Of a stretch of 64,000 nt of DNA, positions 51,614 through 64,000 are shown piece after piece. Numbering within the stretch: position 1 is the stretch's first letter; each line of letters starts with the position of its first letter. The notes under the pieces are model-generated. The model did no database searches. It saw only the letters and a list, made by a program, of their open reading frames with translations, and was not told where the DNA came from. Origin of the DNA: Eledone cirrhosa (taxonomy: Eukaryota). Location: NCBI GenBank assembly GCA_964016885.1, contig OZ024742.1:1426001-1490000 (forward strand). Reading direction: 5' to 3'. A program made the translations under genes and the position numbers.

Positions 51614-52240
51614 AAGTATAGATCCTGAACGAGATTGAACCCCAGATCAGGATCTCCACTGTCTCCAATACCTACCAACTTAACTAGTCGAAATCGTGTA
51701 ACCACGGAAAAATATATAAAAATGATGGTGGTGGTAGGTGGTGTTAGGTGGTGGTGGTGTTGGTAGGTGGTGGTGGTAGGTGGTGGTGGTGGTAGGTGGT
51801 GGTGGTAGGTGGTGGTGGTAGGTGGTGGTGGTGGTGGTGGTGTTGGTAGGTGGTGGTGGTGGTGGCTACTGCTGCTGTTGTTCATCTAGTATAGATGACT
51901 CCCCTATTTAGAGTCTTCCCTATATATATATATATACACATACACACATACACACAGGGTGTTCACCAAAATTGTATAAACACTACAACAGTATTCTAAT
52001 AAATATTGCCTGTACAGGTAATCAAAGTGTTTATACATTTTTGGGGGACACCCTGTGTGTATGTGTATATATATATATAGGGATGACTCTAAATAGGGAG
52101 TCATCTATACTAGATGAACAACAGCAGCAGTAGCCACCACCTACCACCACCACCACCACCATCATTTTTATATCTGTTTTTCCGTGGTTACACGATTTTG
52201 ACAAGATCTGGAGTTCAATCTCGTTCAGGATCTATACTTA
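51614..52240. repeat. Nested fold-back: long inverted arms around a central MITE
   Basis: Arms 51614-51950 and 52056-52240 are reverse complements and differ in (GGT)n length. Confidence 0.85.
51955..52055. mobile_element. 101-bp mariner-type MITE
   Basis: ~30-bp TIRs CAGGGTGTTCACCAAAATTGTATAAACACT / AGTGTTTATACATTTTTGGGGGACACCCTG. Confidence 0.75.
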
Positions 52241-52384
52241 TATATATATATATAAATAAAAGGAAAGAAGATGAAATCGAAAATGCAACTGGAGTTTTTT
52301 TTATTTAAATATATATTTATTTGGTTCCTTTACCGGTTTTGCAGTTCTACTGCTTTTCAAAAGTAGAATTGAGATGGAGGGTCT

Positions 52385-54965
52385 GTGGTTACAACAGGTA
52401 AACTGAATGTGGTGTTAATGTCACCACATGGTCCTTGGTACACCTGTACTGAAGTGGTTACAACAGGTAAACTGAATGTGGTGTTAATGTCACCACATGA
52501 TCCTTGGTACACCTGTACTGAAGTAATTACAACAGGTAAACTGAATGTGGTGTTAATGTCACCACATGGTCCTTGGTACACCTGTACTGAAGTGGTTACA
52601 ACAGGTAAACTGAATGTGGTGTTAATGTCACCACATGGTCCTTGGTACACCTGTACTGAAGTGGTTACAACAGGTAAACTGAATGTGGTGTTAACGTCAC
52701 CACATGATCCTTGGTACACCTGTACTGAAGTAATTACAACAGGTAAACTGAATGTGGTGTTAATGTCACCACATGGTCCTTGGTACACCTGTACTGAAGT
52801 GGTTACAACAGGTAAACTGAATGTGGTGTTAATGTCACCACATGATCCTTGGTACACCTGTACTGAAGTAATTACAACAGGTAAACTGAATGTGGTGTTA
52901 ATGTCACCACATGGTCCTTGGTACACCTGTACTGAAGTGGTTACAACAGGTAAACTGAATGTGGTGTTAATGTCACCACATGGTCCTTGGTACACCTGTA
53001 CTGAAGTGGTTACAACAGGTAAACTGAATGTGGTGTTAACGTCACCACATGATCCTTGGTACACCTGTACTGAAGTGATTACAACAGGTAAACTGAATGT
53101 GGTGTTAATGTCACCACATGGTCCTTGGTACACCTGTACTGAAGTGATTACAACAGGTAAACTGAATGTGGTGTTAATGTCACCACATGGTCCTTGGTAC
53201 ACCTGTACTGAAGTGATTACAACAGGTAAACTGAATGTGGTGTTAATGTCACCACATGGTCCTTGGTACACCTGTACTGAAGTGGTTACAACAGGTAAAC
53301 TGAATGTGGTGTTAACGTCACCACATGGTCCTTGGTACACCTGTGCTGAAGTGATTACAACAGGTAAACTGAATGTGGTGTTAATGTCGCCACATGGTCC
53401 TTGGTACACCTGTACTGAAGTAATTACAACAGGTAAACTGAATGTGGTGTTAACGTCACCACATGGTCCTTGGTACACCTGTACTGAAGTAATTACAACA
53501 GGTAAACTGAATGTGGTGTTAACGTCACCACATGGTCCTTGGTACACCTGTACTGAAGTAATTACAACAGGTAAACTGAATGTGGTGTTAACGTCACCAC
53601 ATGGTCCTTGGTACACCTGTACTGAAGTAATTACAACAGGTAAACTGAATGTGGTGTTAACGTCACCACATGATCCTTGGTACACCTGTACTGAAGTAAT
53701 TACAACAGGTAAACTGAATGTGGTGTTAACGTCACCACATGGTCCTTGGTACACCTGTACTGAAGTAATTACAACAGGTAAACTGAATGTGGTGTTAACG
53801 TCACCACATGATCCTTGGTACACCTGTACTGAAGTAATTACAACAGGTAAACTGAATGTGGTGTTAACGTCACCACATGGTCCTTGGTACACCTGTACTG
53901 AAGTAATTACAACAGGTAAACTGAATGTGGTGTTAACGTCACCACATGATCCTTGGTACACCTGTACTGAAGTAATTACAACAGGTAAACTGAATGTGGT
54001 GTTAACGTCACCACATGGTCCTTGGTACACCTGTACTGAAGTAATTACAACAGGTAAACTGAATGTGGTGTTAACGTCACCACATGATCCTTGGTACACC
54101 TGTACTGAAGTAATTACAACAGGTAAACTGAATGTGGTGTTAACGTCACCACATGGTCCTTGGTACACCTGTGCTGAAGTGATTACAACAGGTAAACTGA
54201 ATGTGGTGTTAATGTCGCCACATGGTCCTTGGTACACCTGTACTGAAGTGGTTACAACAGGTAAACTGAATGTGGTGTTAATGTCACCACATGATCCTTG
54301 GTACACCTGTACTGAAGTGATTACAACAGGTAAACTGAATGTGGTGTTAATGTCACCACATGGTCCTTGGTACACCTGTACTGAAGTGATTACAACAGGT
54401 AAACTGAATGTGGTGTTAATGTCACCACATGGTCCTTGGTACACCTGTACTGAAGTGATTACAACAGGTAAACTGAATGTGGTGTTAATGTCACCACATG
54501 ATCCTTGAGACACCTGTACTGAAGTAATTACAACAGGTAAACTGAATGTGGTGTTAATGTCACCACATGATCCTTGGTACACCTGTACTGAAGTGATTAC
54601 AACAGGTAAACTGAATGTGGTGTTAACGTCACCACATGGTCCTTGGTACACCTGTACTGAAGTGGTTACAACAGGTAAACTGAATGTGGTGTTAACGTCA
54701 CCACATGGTCCTTGGTACACCTGTACTGAAGTAATTACAACAGGTAAACTGAATGTGGTGTTAATGTCACCACATGGTCCTTGGTACACCTGTACTGAAG
54801 TGATTACAACAGGTAAACTGAATGTGGTGTTAACGTCACCACATGGTCCTTGGTACACCTGTACTGAAGTGGTTACAACAGGTAAACTGAATGTGGTGTT
54901 AACGTCACCACATGGTCCTTGGTACACCTGTACTGAAGTGATTACAACAGGTAAACTGAATGTGG
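52385..54965. repeat. 69-bp minisatellite (~37 copies)
   Basis: ACAACAGGTAAACTGAATGTGGTGTTAAYGTCACCACATGRTCCTTGGTACACCTGTACTGAAGTRRTT; internal hairpin ATGTGGTG/CACCACAT. Confidence 0.97.
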
Positions 54966-55301
54966 CCAACTTTGGTCTCATTTAATACCACCACATGGTC
55001 TTTGTATGTTTTTAGCTCTGCGATTCAAATTGGTAGTCAAAAACCATGTGGAATCCCATGTGAGGGACTATACATGTTCTTAAGTGGTAGACTTAACATT
55101 ATCACCAGTTCCTAGTCCCTGGGTCCCTTTAATGAAGTTCATCTAATTGTAAGAATTTGGGTGAGGTCTCTGGTTTAAGAATAAGGACAACTTCCTTTCT
55201 TCTTCCTATCTGTCTTGGAGGCCTTGAACAAATATAAAGAGTAATGGTTATTTCCCTTTCCTTCCTGATTTGTAACCCTAGTTCTTTTTCTTCATATATC
55301 T

Positions 55302-55642
55302 GGAGGCACATGGCTTAGTGGTTAGAGCATTGGGCTTGCAATCGAAAGGTTGTGAGTTCAATTCTCAGACCGGGTGATGTGTTGTTTCCTTGAGCAAGAC
55401 ACTTTATTTCACATTGCTCCAGTTTACTCAGCTGTAGAAATGAGATGATAGGGACTGGGGTCCCTATCATTCCACTGCAAAGTGGTCGTGGAGGCGCCAC
55501 GGCAAAAAGCACCCAGCACTCACTGTAAATGAGGTTGGTGTTAGGAAGGGCATCCAGCTGTAGGAATCAAGCCAGAATCAGTTCCCGTCCCACCCTTGCA
55601 AGCAGGGAAAAGTGGACGTAAAATGATAATGATGATGATGAT
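55302..55642 (+). mobile_element. CORE-like tRNA SINE with RTE-type tail
   Basis: Near-identical to 417-750. Confidence 0.9.
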
Positions 55643-55927
55643 CTGTGGGTAGGCATATGGGGTGTTAAATTTACAGAAAAATCTAAAAGTGCTCCCTCGG
55701 CACCATTTTATTTTTCTTTCTACCAAGGTTGAGACACTCTAATGCAAGGTGTTGTTGCAAAACCAGGCAACAGGTTAAGTCCATTTAAGTCATAGCAGGA
55801 TTTGAACCCAGAATGCTAAGACCTGAAACAAATTCTACAATTCACAATTTTCCGTTGCTCCTGACAACTGCTCCCTACTGAGGTTTGTGTTGTCTGAGAG
55901 TTGATTGATGAAGGTTCAAGCTTCTCT

Positions 55928-56622
55928 TACTCTACTGTATCTCCCGTCAGTTGGTTCCCACAATAGTAACTTGTGTATAACATACTCTACTGTATCTCCA
56001 GTGAGTTGGTTCCTACAATAGTACCTTGTGTATAACATGCTCTACTGTGTCTCCCGTGAGTTGGTTCCCACAATAGTACCTTGTGTATAACATACTCTAC
56101 TATATCTCCCGTGAGTTGGTTCCTACAATAGTAACTTGTGTATAACATACTCTACTGTATCTCCCGTGAGTTGGTTCCCACAATAGTACCTTGTGTATAA
56201 CATACTCTACTATATCTCCCGTGAGTTGGTTCCTACAATAGTAACTTGTGTATAACATACTCTACTGTATCTCCCGTGAGTTGGTTCCCACAATAGTACC
56301 TTGTGTATAACATACTCTACTGTATCTCCCATGAGTTGGTTCCTACAATAGTAACTTGTGTATAACATACTCTACTGTATCTCCCGTGAGTTGGTTCCCA
56401 CAATAGTAACTTGTGTATAATATATTCTAATGTGTCTCCCGTGAGTTGGTTCCCACAATAGTACCTTGTGTATAACATACAAAGTAAAACCTACTACAGT
56501 CAGTAGGCATCTCTAACAAAATGTATCTCCCGTCAGTTGGTTCCCACAATAGTACCTTGTGTATAACATCCTCTACTGTATCTCCCGTCAGTTGGTTCCC
56601 ACAATAGTAACTTGTATATAAC
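55928..56622. repeat. 55-bp minisatellite (~12 copies)
   Basis: TACTCTACTGTATCTCCCGTGAGTTGGTTCCCACAATAGTAACTTGTGTATAACA. Confidence 0.95.
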
Positions 56623-57169
56623 CACATGCTTACTTCTCCAGCAATGTCTTACAAATTGTAATTGTCAAGTTTCCATATAGATTGTCATATGTAATGCCTT
56701 GACACCAGTTTCTTTTTTCTACAGCCCCAAATATTTCACTGTATACACCATCTAGCTACATATACACTCACTAAATTCTTTTTCTCTAAATTTCAATGGC
56801 TTCCTTCAGGTCTGAAGGACTAAACAACTTAAAACCACTCTTATATGACCTTTTGTTAAAGACCTATGACATCATTGCTGTTACATTTAACTGTGATAAT
56901 ACAGTATCATATTAGTGGTGGTGGTGATACTAATGAGCATGATGATAGTGGTGGTGGTGGTCATAATGAGTATGATGATAATGGTGATAGTAATGACCAT
57001 GATGGTGATGGTGGTGGTGTTATAGGTAATGATGAGGATGATGTATACAAACAACTCGGTCAATTATTGATTCAGATGCTTCAGCAAAAATAGCTTTGGC
57101 TTAATTTTCGTTTCCTTTTAAAATATGTTCTCAGCCTCAGTATTTCACTATATGAATATATATATATAT

Positions 57170-57592
<423 letters not shown>

Positions 57593-57650
57593 GTATGTAT
57601 GTCCAACCTTGTCTAGTAAGAAAACTAGACATTAAAATGGGGATGATGTT

Positions 57651-57709
<59 letters not shown>

Positions 57710-57799
57710 CACCTTGACTGAGCGCCATTCAGCGCCGCTGGTCACAGCACATGCTGTTTTAGCCATATGATGACGCCATCCCACTGGCTGGGCAGGCAG

Positions 57800-58092
57800 G
57801 CCGTAAGTCTAAAGTCTGTTTTAAGCCAGAAGGCTCATTTTGCCGGTGCTTATCCCGGTTTCCTGGCGTGAAGCGACTGAGAATACAAGACTCCTCCCCA
57901 TGGACAGGACGCCAGTCCATCGCAGGGTTAAACCTCCAGCTATTGCTGGTATTCATTTTCAGCTGAGTAAACTGGAGCAACGTGAAATAAAGTGTCTTGC
58001 TCAAGGAAACAACACATCACCCGGTCCGAGAATTGAACTCATAACGTTTCGATTGCAAGCCTATTGCTCTAACCTCTAAGCCATGCGCCTTC
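57800..58092 (-). mobile_element. CORE-like tRNA SINE with a different 3' module
   Basis: Same head and core; tail AACCCTGCGATGGACTGGCGTCCTGTCCA...GGATAAGCACCGG, also seen at ~22750 and ~42820. Confidence 0.85.
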
Positions 58093-58103
58093 ACACACAT
58101 ATA

Positions 58104-58164
<61 letters not shown>

Positions 58165-58207
58165 GGAATACTGTTAGCTTCTTGCTACAATAACTTCTAT
58201 ACTTTTC

Positions 58208-58238
<31 letters not shown>

Positions 58239-58547
58239 ATCACCATTTAACGTCCATTTTCCATGCTAGCGAAGGTTGGACATATATATAAGAGTGTGTG
58301 TGTGTGTGTGTGTGTGTATTCATGTTTTTGAATGTGTATGTGTGCATATATGTATGTAAATATGTGTTATAACTGTATGTATTGGTATTTATATAACTCT
58401 GGCCAGACTTGCCACCCCCGGATGACCCATCTAACCCGTGCAAGCATGGAAAGATGGACCCTAAACGGTGAGGAGGATGATGATGTATGCAAATGAGTGT
58501 CTTTGTGCATATGTATGTATATATGTGTGTATGTATATACATATGTG

Positions 58548-58810
58548 TGTCATCATCATCATCATCATCACCGTTTTACGTCCGTTCTTCCACGCTAGCA
58601 TGGGTTAGACGGGTTGTCCTGTTGTGGGCAGTGTCTGGTCGGCTGACCATGCCTTGCTCATACAGGAACTGATCTGGCTTGATTTCTACAGCTGGATGCC
58701 CTTCCTAACACCAACCTCATTTACAGTGAGTGCTGGGTGCTTTTTCGTGGCGCCTACACGTCCACTTTACAGTGTGGGCTGGGTGCTTTTTTGCCGTGGC
58801 ACCTCCACGG
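58548..58810 (-). mobile_element. 5'-truncated SINE (32643 subtype)
   Basis: Reverse complement of ~32830-33094. Confidence 0.85.
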
Positions 58811-59094
58811 TCTTGCATGTGTGTATGCATGCAAATGTGTGGTGTACATGTGTATTATATACTCTCATATATATAGCGTGGAAAGTGGACGTTAAACGAG
58901 GATGATGATGATGTATATATATACACATGTACACACAATCTCTCATTTATTCTTCAGTGTGGACAGCAAGTTTATTCTTAACTCCACAAGTCTACATCAT
59001 GTAACTGGAAATCTTATTATAATATGAAATTGCCTTGGCAACAAAGATTGTTTAGATAAGAAACAAAAAGTTGCCAAATTTAGCCACAGATAAA

Positions 59095-59328
59095 TAATTA
59101 GGAAAATTATTGACGAAACGAGGTTTTTTTGTCAAAATTTTAACCTCACCTTTGTGGAGTCTCTTCATTATTGATCTCTGTTGATTGATCTTTTACTGAT
59201 GGTGTTAGTTTGTTGTGTTAAAGAGTTTCTTGAACTTAGCGACTCGTTAGGCTTGAAAAGATGCCACAAAGGTGAGGCTAAAACTTTGACAAAAAAACTT
59301 CTCATTTAGTCAATAATTTTCCTTAATT
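59095..59328. repeat. Fold-back element with ~65-bp imperfect arms
   Basis: GGAAAATTATTGAC...CCTCACCTTTGTGG / CCACAAAGGTGAGG...GTCAATAATTTTCC. Confidence 0.75.
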
Positions 59329-59769
59329 TTCTTAATAAGCTCTTGCTTTTGTGCTGCTGTGGTTCCTCTTACTCCTCACCAGACCAGGACCTGGTAGGGG
59401 AACCAAATGGTGTAAGTAGCAGGCAGAAGACTGACCACTGACCATGAAGCAGGTTGTACTGGGTTACATGGTACCTGTAACAGGCTACAACAAAGCAAAA
59501 TAGATGGTAGATTTTGGAATAAATTGAAGACAGCAAAGGTGTTAGTGTGCCACCTGTTATTTTATTTACCTGTCCTAATATTTCCGGTCTAAAAACCCTT
59601 CCTCAGAAGTCTATAATGAAAAGAAAGAAAACATTAAAAAAACTGGTTCAGAATCTATGTTTTGAAATCCCTGAATAATGCAACAAGAGATAAAGATCTT
59701 TTATCTCTGTTTTAATTGCAGTCAATTAGGAAAATCATTTTCATATGGAATATAATGAAATAACAAAGT

Positions 59770-60045
59770 TGGTTGTATTGTTGTTGTTGTGGTGGTGTTG
59801 TGGTGTAGTAGTGGTGGTGTTGTGGTGGTGGTGGTGGTGTAGTGGTGTTGTTGTGGTTGTGTTATTGTGGTGATGGTGGTGGTGTAGTGGTGGTAGTGGT
59901 GTTGTGGTGGTGTGGTAGTGGTGGTGGTGGTGTAGTAGTGGTGTTGTGGTGGTGGTGTAGTAGTGATTTGTTATTGAGGTGATGTAGTAGTGATAGTGTG
60001 GTGGTGGTGGTGGTGTAGTAGTGATAGTGTTGTTGTGGTTGATGT
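59770..60045. repeat. (GTG/GTA/GTT)n compound microsatellite
   Basis: Direct reading. Confidence 0.9.
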
Positions 60046-60479
60046 TATCTGCAATACAGATTTCCCAAATACTAGTGGTGGATGATATCACCTCCATCTT
60101 TGGTAAAAGATTTAACAAATTAGTTTTAACCCTTTCAATATCCTCTGGGATTTATGACACAGAACTGCTCATTTAGGGTTACGGTCCATCATAGTTTGAT
60201 TTTAGAAATTTATGGTATATAATCTTCTTCTTCATGAACTCAGCTAGTGGAAGTCATCCATCTTTGCTCTGGGTCTATCCCTGGGTCCCCTACTAGTTGG
60301 TTTTGACTGTCCAGTGATTATTTCTTGAAATGTTTGCTTATTTACAAAATTAATTAATTAAAACATATAAGCAGTGTGTTTCGTTAGAAATCTTGTAATG
60401 AAATGGTTAATTAACAGCAAGAATAAGAAGTTCATTAACAGCAATAATAAGAAGTTAAGGGCCAAAGCACTTGCTTGAG

Positions 60480-63400
60480 CAGAGTTTCTTCTCTCAAGAC
60501 CTTCTGTTGTCCAGCTCTCCTCAGTTTCTTCTCTCAAGGCCTTCTACTGTCCAGCTCTCCTCAGAGTTTCTTCTCTCAAGACCTTCTGCTGTCCAGCCCT
60601 CCTCAGAGTTTCTTCTCTTAAGACCTTCTGCTGTCCAGCTCTCCTCAGAGTTTCTTCTCTGGAGACCTTCTGCTGTCCAGCTTTCCTCAGAGTTTCTTCT
60701 CTCAAGACCTTCTGCTGTCCAGATCTCCTCAGAGTTTCTTCTCTCAAGACCTTCTGCTGTCCAGCTCTTCTCAGAGTTTCTTCTCTCAAGACCTTCTGCT
60801 GTCCAGCTCTCCTCAGAGTTTCTTCTCACAAGACATTCTGCTGTCCAGCTCTCCTCAGAGTTTCTTTTCTTAAGACCTTCTACTGTCCAGCTCTCCTCAG
60901 AGTTTCTTCTCTCAAGACCTTCTGCTGTCCAACCCTCCTCAGAGTTTCTTCTCTGGAGACCTTCTGCTGTCCAGCTTTCCTCAGAGTTTCTTCTCACAAG
61001 ACCTTCTGCTGTCCAGCTTTCCTCAGAGTTTCTTCTCTCAAGACATTCTGCTGTCCAGCTCTCCTTAGAGTTTCTTCTCACAAGACCTTCTGCTGTCCAG
61101 CCCTCCTCAGAGTTTCTCTCTCAAGACCTTCTGCTGTCCAGCTCTTCTCAGAGTTTCTTCTCTCAAGACCTTCTGCTGTCCAGCTCTCCTCAGAGTTTCT
61201 TCTCTCAAGACCTTCTGCTGTCCAGCTCTCCTCAGAGTTTCTTCTCTCAAGACCTTCTGCTGTCCAGCCCTCCTCAAAGTTTCTTCTCTCAAGACCTTCT
61301 GCTGTCCAACTCTCCTCGGAGTTTCTTCTCTCAAGACCTGCTGTCCAGCTCTCCTCAGAGTTTCTTCTCTCAAGACCTTCTGCTGTCCAGCTCTCCTTAT
61401 AGTTTCTTCTCTCAAGGCCTTCTGCTGTCCAGCTGTCCTCAGAGTTTCTTCTCTCAAGACCTTCTGCTGTCCAGCCCTCCTCAAAGTTTCTTCTCTCAAG
61501 ACCTTCTGCTGTCCAACTCTCCTCGGAGTTTCTTCTCTCAAGACCTGCTGTCCAGCTCTCCTCAGAGTTTCTTCTCTCAAGACCTTCTGCTGTCCAGCTC
61601 TCCTCAGAGTTTCTTCTCTCAAGACCTTCTGCTGTCCAGCTCTCCTCAGAGTTTCTTCTCACAAGACCTTCTGCTGTCCAGCCCTCCTCAGAGTTTCTTC
61701 TCTCAAGACTTTCTGCTGTCCAGCCCTCCTCAAAGTTTCTTCTCTCAAAACCTGCTGTCCAGCTCTCCTCAGAGTTTCTTCTCTCAAGACCTTCTGCTGT
61801 CCAGCTCTCCTCAGAGTTTCTTCTCTCAAGACCTTCTGCTGTCCAGCCCTCCTCAAAGTTTCTTCTCACAAGACCTTCTGCTGTCCAGCCCTCCTCAAAG
61901 TTTCTTCTCTCAAGACCTTCTACTGTCCAGCTCTCCTCAGAGTTTCTTCTCTCAAGACCTTCTGCTGTCCAGCTCTCCTCAGAGTTTCTTTTCTGGAGAC
62001 CTTCTGCTGTCCAGCCCTCCTCAGAGTTTCTTCTCTGGAGACCTTCTGCTGTCGAGCTTTCCTCAGAGTTTCTTCTCACAAGACCTTTTGCTGTCTAGCC
62101 CTCCTCAAAGTTTCTTCTCACAAGACCTTCTGCTGTCCATCTCTCCTCAGAGTTTCTTCTCTCAAGACCTTTTGTTGTCCAGCTCTCCTCAGAGTTTCTT
62201 CTCTGAAGACCTTCTGCTGACCAGCTCTCCTCAGAGTTTCTTTTCTCAAGACCTTCTGTTGTCCAGCCCTCCTCAGAGTTTCTTCTCTCAAGACCTTCTA
62301 CTGTCCAGCTCTCCTCAGAGTTTCTCCTCTCAAGTCCTACTGCTGTCCAGCTCTCCTCAGAGTTTCTTCTCACAAGACCTTCTGCTGTCCAGCTCTCCTC
62401 AGAGTTTCTTCTCTCAAGACCTTCTACTGTCCAGCACTCCTCAGAGTTTCTTCTCTCAAGACCTTCTGCTGTCCAGCTCTCCTCAGAGTTTCTTCTCTCA
62501 AGACCTTTTGCTGTCCAGCCTTCCTCAGAGTTTCTTCTCTCAAGTCCTTCTGCTGTCCAGCTCTCCTCAGAGTTTCTCTGTCAAGACCTTCTGCTGTCCA
62601 GCTCTTCTTTGAGATTCTTCTCTCAAGACCTTTTGCTGTCCAGCCCTCCTCAGAGTTTCTTCTCTCAAGTCCTTCTGCTGTCCAGCTCTCCTCAGAGTTT
62701 CTTCTCTCAAGACCTTCTGCTGTCCAGCTCTCCTTAAAGTTTCCTCTCACAAGACCTTCTGCTGTCCAGCTTTCCTCAGAGTTTCTTCTCTCAAGACCTG
62801 CTGTCAAGCCCTCCTCAAAGTTTCTTCTCTCAAGACCTTCTGCTGTCCAGCCCTCCTCAAAGTTTCTTCTCTCAAGACCTGCTGTCCAGCCCTCCTCAAA
62901 GTTTCTTCTCTCAAGACCTTCTGCTGTCCAACTCTCCTCAGAGTTTCTCTCAAGACCTTCTGCTGTCCATCTCTCCTCAGAGTTTCTTCTCTCAAGACCT
63001 TCTGCTGTCCAGCTCTTCTTTGAGTTTCTTCTCTCAAGTCCTTCTGCTGTCCAGCTCTCCTCAGAGTTTCTTTTCTCAAGTCCTTCTGCTGTCCAGCTCT
63101 CCTCAGAGTTTCTTCTCTCAAGACCTTCTGCTGTCCAGCTTTCCTCAGAGTTTCTTTTGTCAAGTCCTTCTGCTGTCCAGCTCTCCTCAGAGTTTCTTCT
63201 CTCAAGACCTTCTGCTGTCCAGCTTTCTTCAGTGTTTCTTCTCACAAGACCTTCTGCTGTCCAGCCCTCCTCAGAGTTTCTCTCTCAAGACCTTCTGCTG
63301 TCCAGCTCTTCTCAGAGTTTCTTCTCTCAAGACCTTCTGCTGTCCAGCTCTTCTCAGAGTTTCTTCTCTCAAGACCTTCTGCTGTCCAGCTGTTCTCAGA

Positions 63401-64000
63401 GTTTCTTCTCTCAAGACCTTCTGCTGTCCAACTCTTCTCAGAGTTTCTTCTCTCAAGACCTGTGGTCCAGCTCTCTTCAGAGTTTCTTCTCACAATAACT
63501 TCTACTGTCCAGCTCTCCTCAGAGTTTCTTCTCTCAAGACCTTCTGCTGTCCAGCTCTCCTCAGAGTTTCTTCTCTCAAGACCTTCTGCTGTCCAGCTCT
63601 CCTTATAGTTTCTTCTCTCAAGGCCTTCTGCTGTCCAGCTCTCCTCAGGGTTTCTTCTCTGGAGACCTTCTGCTGTCCAGCCCTCCTCAGAGTTTCTCTG
63701 TCAAGACCTTCTGCTGTCCAGCTCTTCTTTGAGATTCTTCTCTCAAGACCTTTTGCTGTCCAGCCTTCCTCAGAGTTTCTTCTCACAAGACCTTCTGCTG
63801 TCCAGCTCTCCTCAGAGTTTCTTCTCTCAAGACCTGCTTCTAGCTTTCCTCAGAGTTTCTTCTCTCAAGACCTTCTGTTGTCCAGCTCTCCTCAGAGTTT
63901 CTTCTCACAATACCTTCTACCGTCCAGCTCTCCTCAGAGTTTCTTCTCACTATAACTTCTACTGTCCAGCCCTCCTCAGAGTTTCTTCTCACAATAACTT
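60480..64000. repeat. 42-bp satellite (>80 copies, runs off the window)
   Basis: CAGAGTTTCTTCTCTCAAGACCTTCTGCTGTCCAGCTCTCCT, with frameshifting indels. Confidence 0.97.

Noticed and set aside
59095-59328. Hammerhead in this fold-back
   Set aside because: Only CTGATGG and a distant GAAA; no supportable stems.
60471-63955. Long Ser/Leu/Phe- or Glu/Arg-rich ORFs
   Set aside because: Translations of a 42-bp satellite with frequent frameshifts in all frames; no splice context.

Overview
Repeat-rich, AT-rich eukaryotic DNA. The SINE/RTE repertoire and (TA)n density suggest a cephalopod (Octopus-like), which is an inference. Three spliced genes were reconstructed by hand. SLC25A46 (+) shows its last six coding exons at 2626-8125. 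SRFBP1/BUD22 (-) is complete, with 7 exons at 20270-10497 (~611 aa). DCTN3 (+) lies head-to-head with SRFBP1 and shows exons 1-3 (21077-42589); the rest is probably beyond the window. Introns contain RTE LINEs with partner tRNA-SINEs, a DD41D mariner relic, MITEs, a tRNA-Asp-like copy, an inverted Penelope-like element (RT C-terminus + GIY-YIG) and several minisatellites. The long repetitive ORFs in the track are probably satellite artefacts. The most notable signal is RNA-level. A 312-bp, highly structured tandem repeat in an SLC25A46 intron carries a minimal type I hammerhead ribozyme (HHR) in each unit, resembling a retrozyme or Penelope pLTR array. Several unrelated fold-back elements flanked by (TA)n in DCTN3 intron 1 carry other HHRs, some with greatly expanded stem II. 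Their inversion junctions repeatedly fall inside the ribozyme. All calls come from visual reading; no searches or folding were run.
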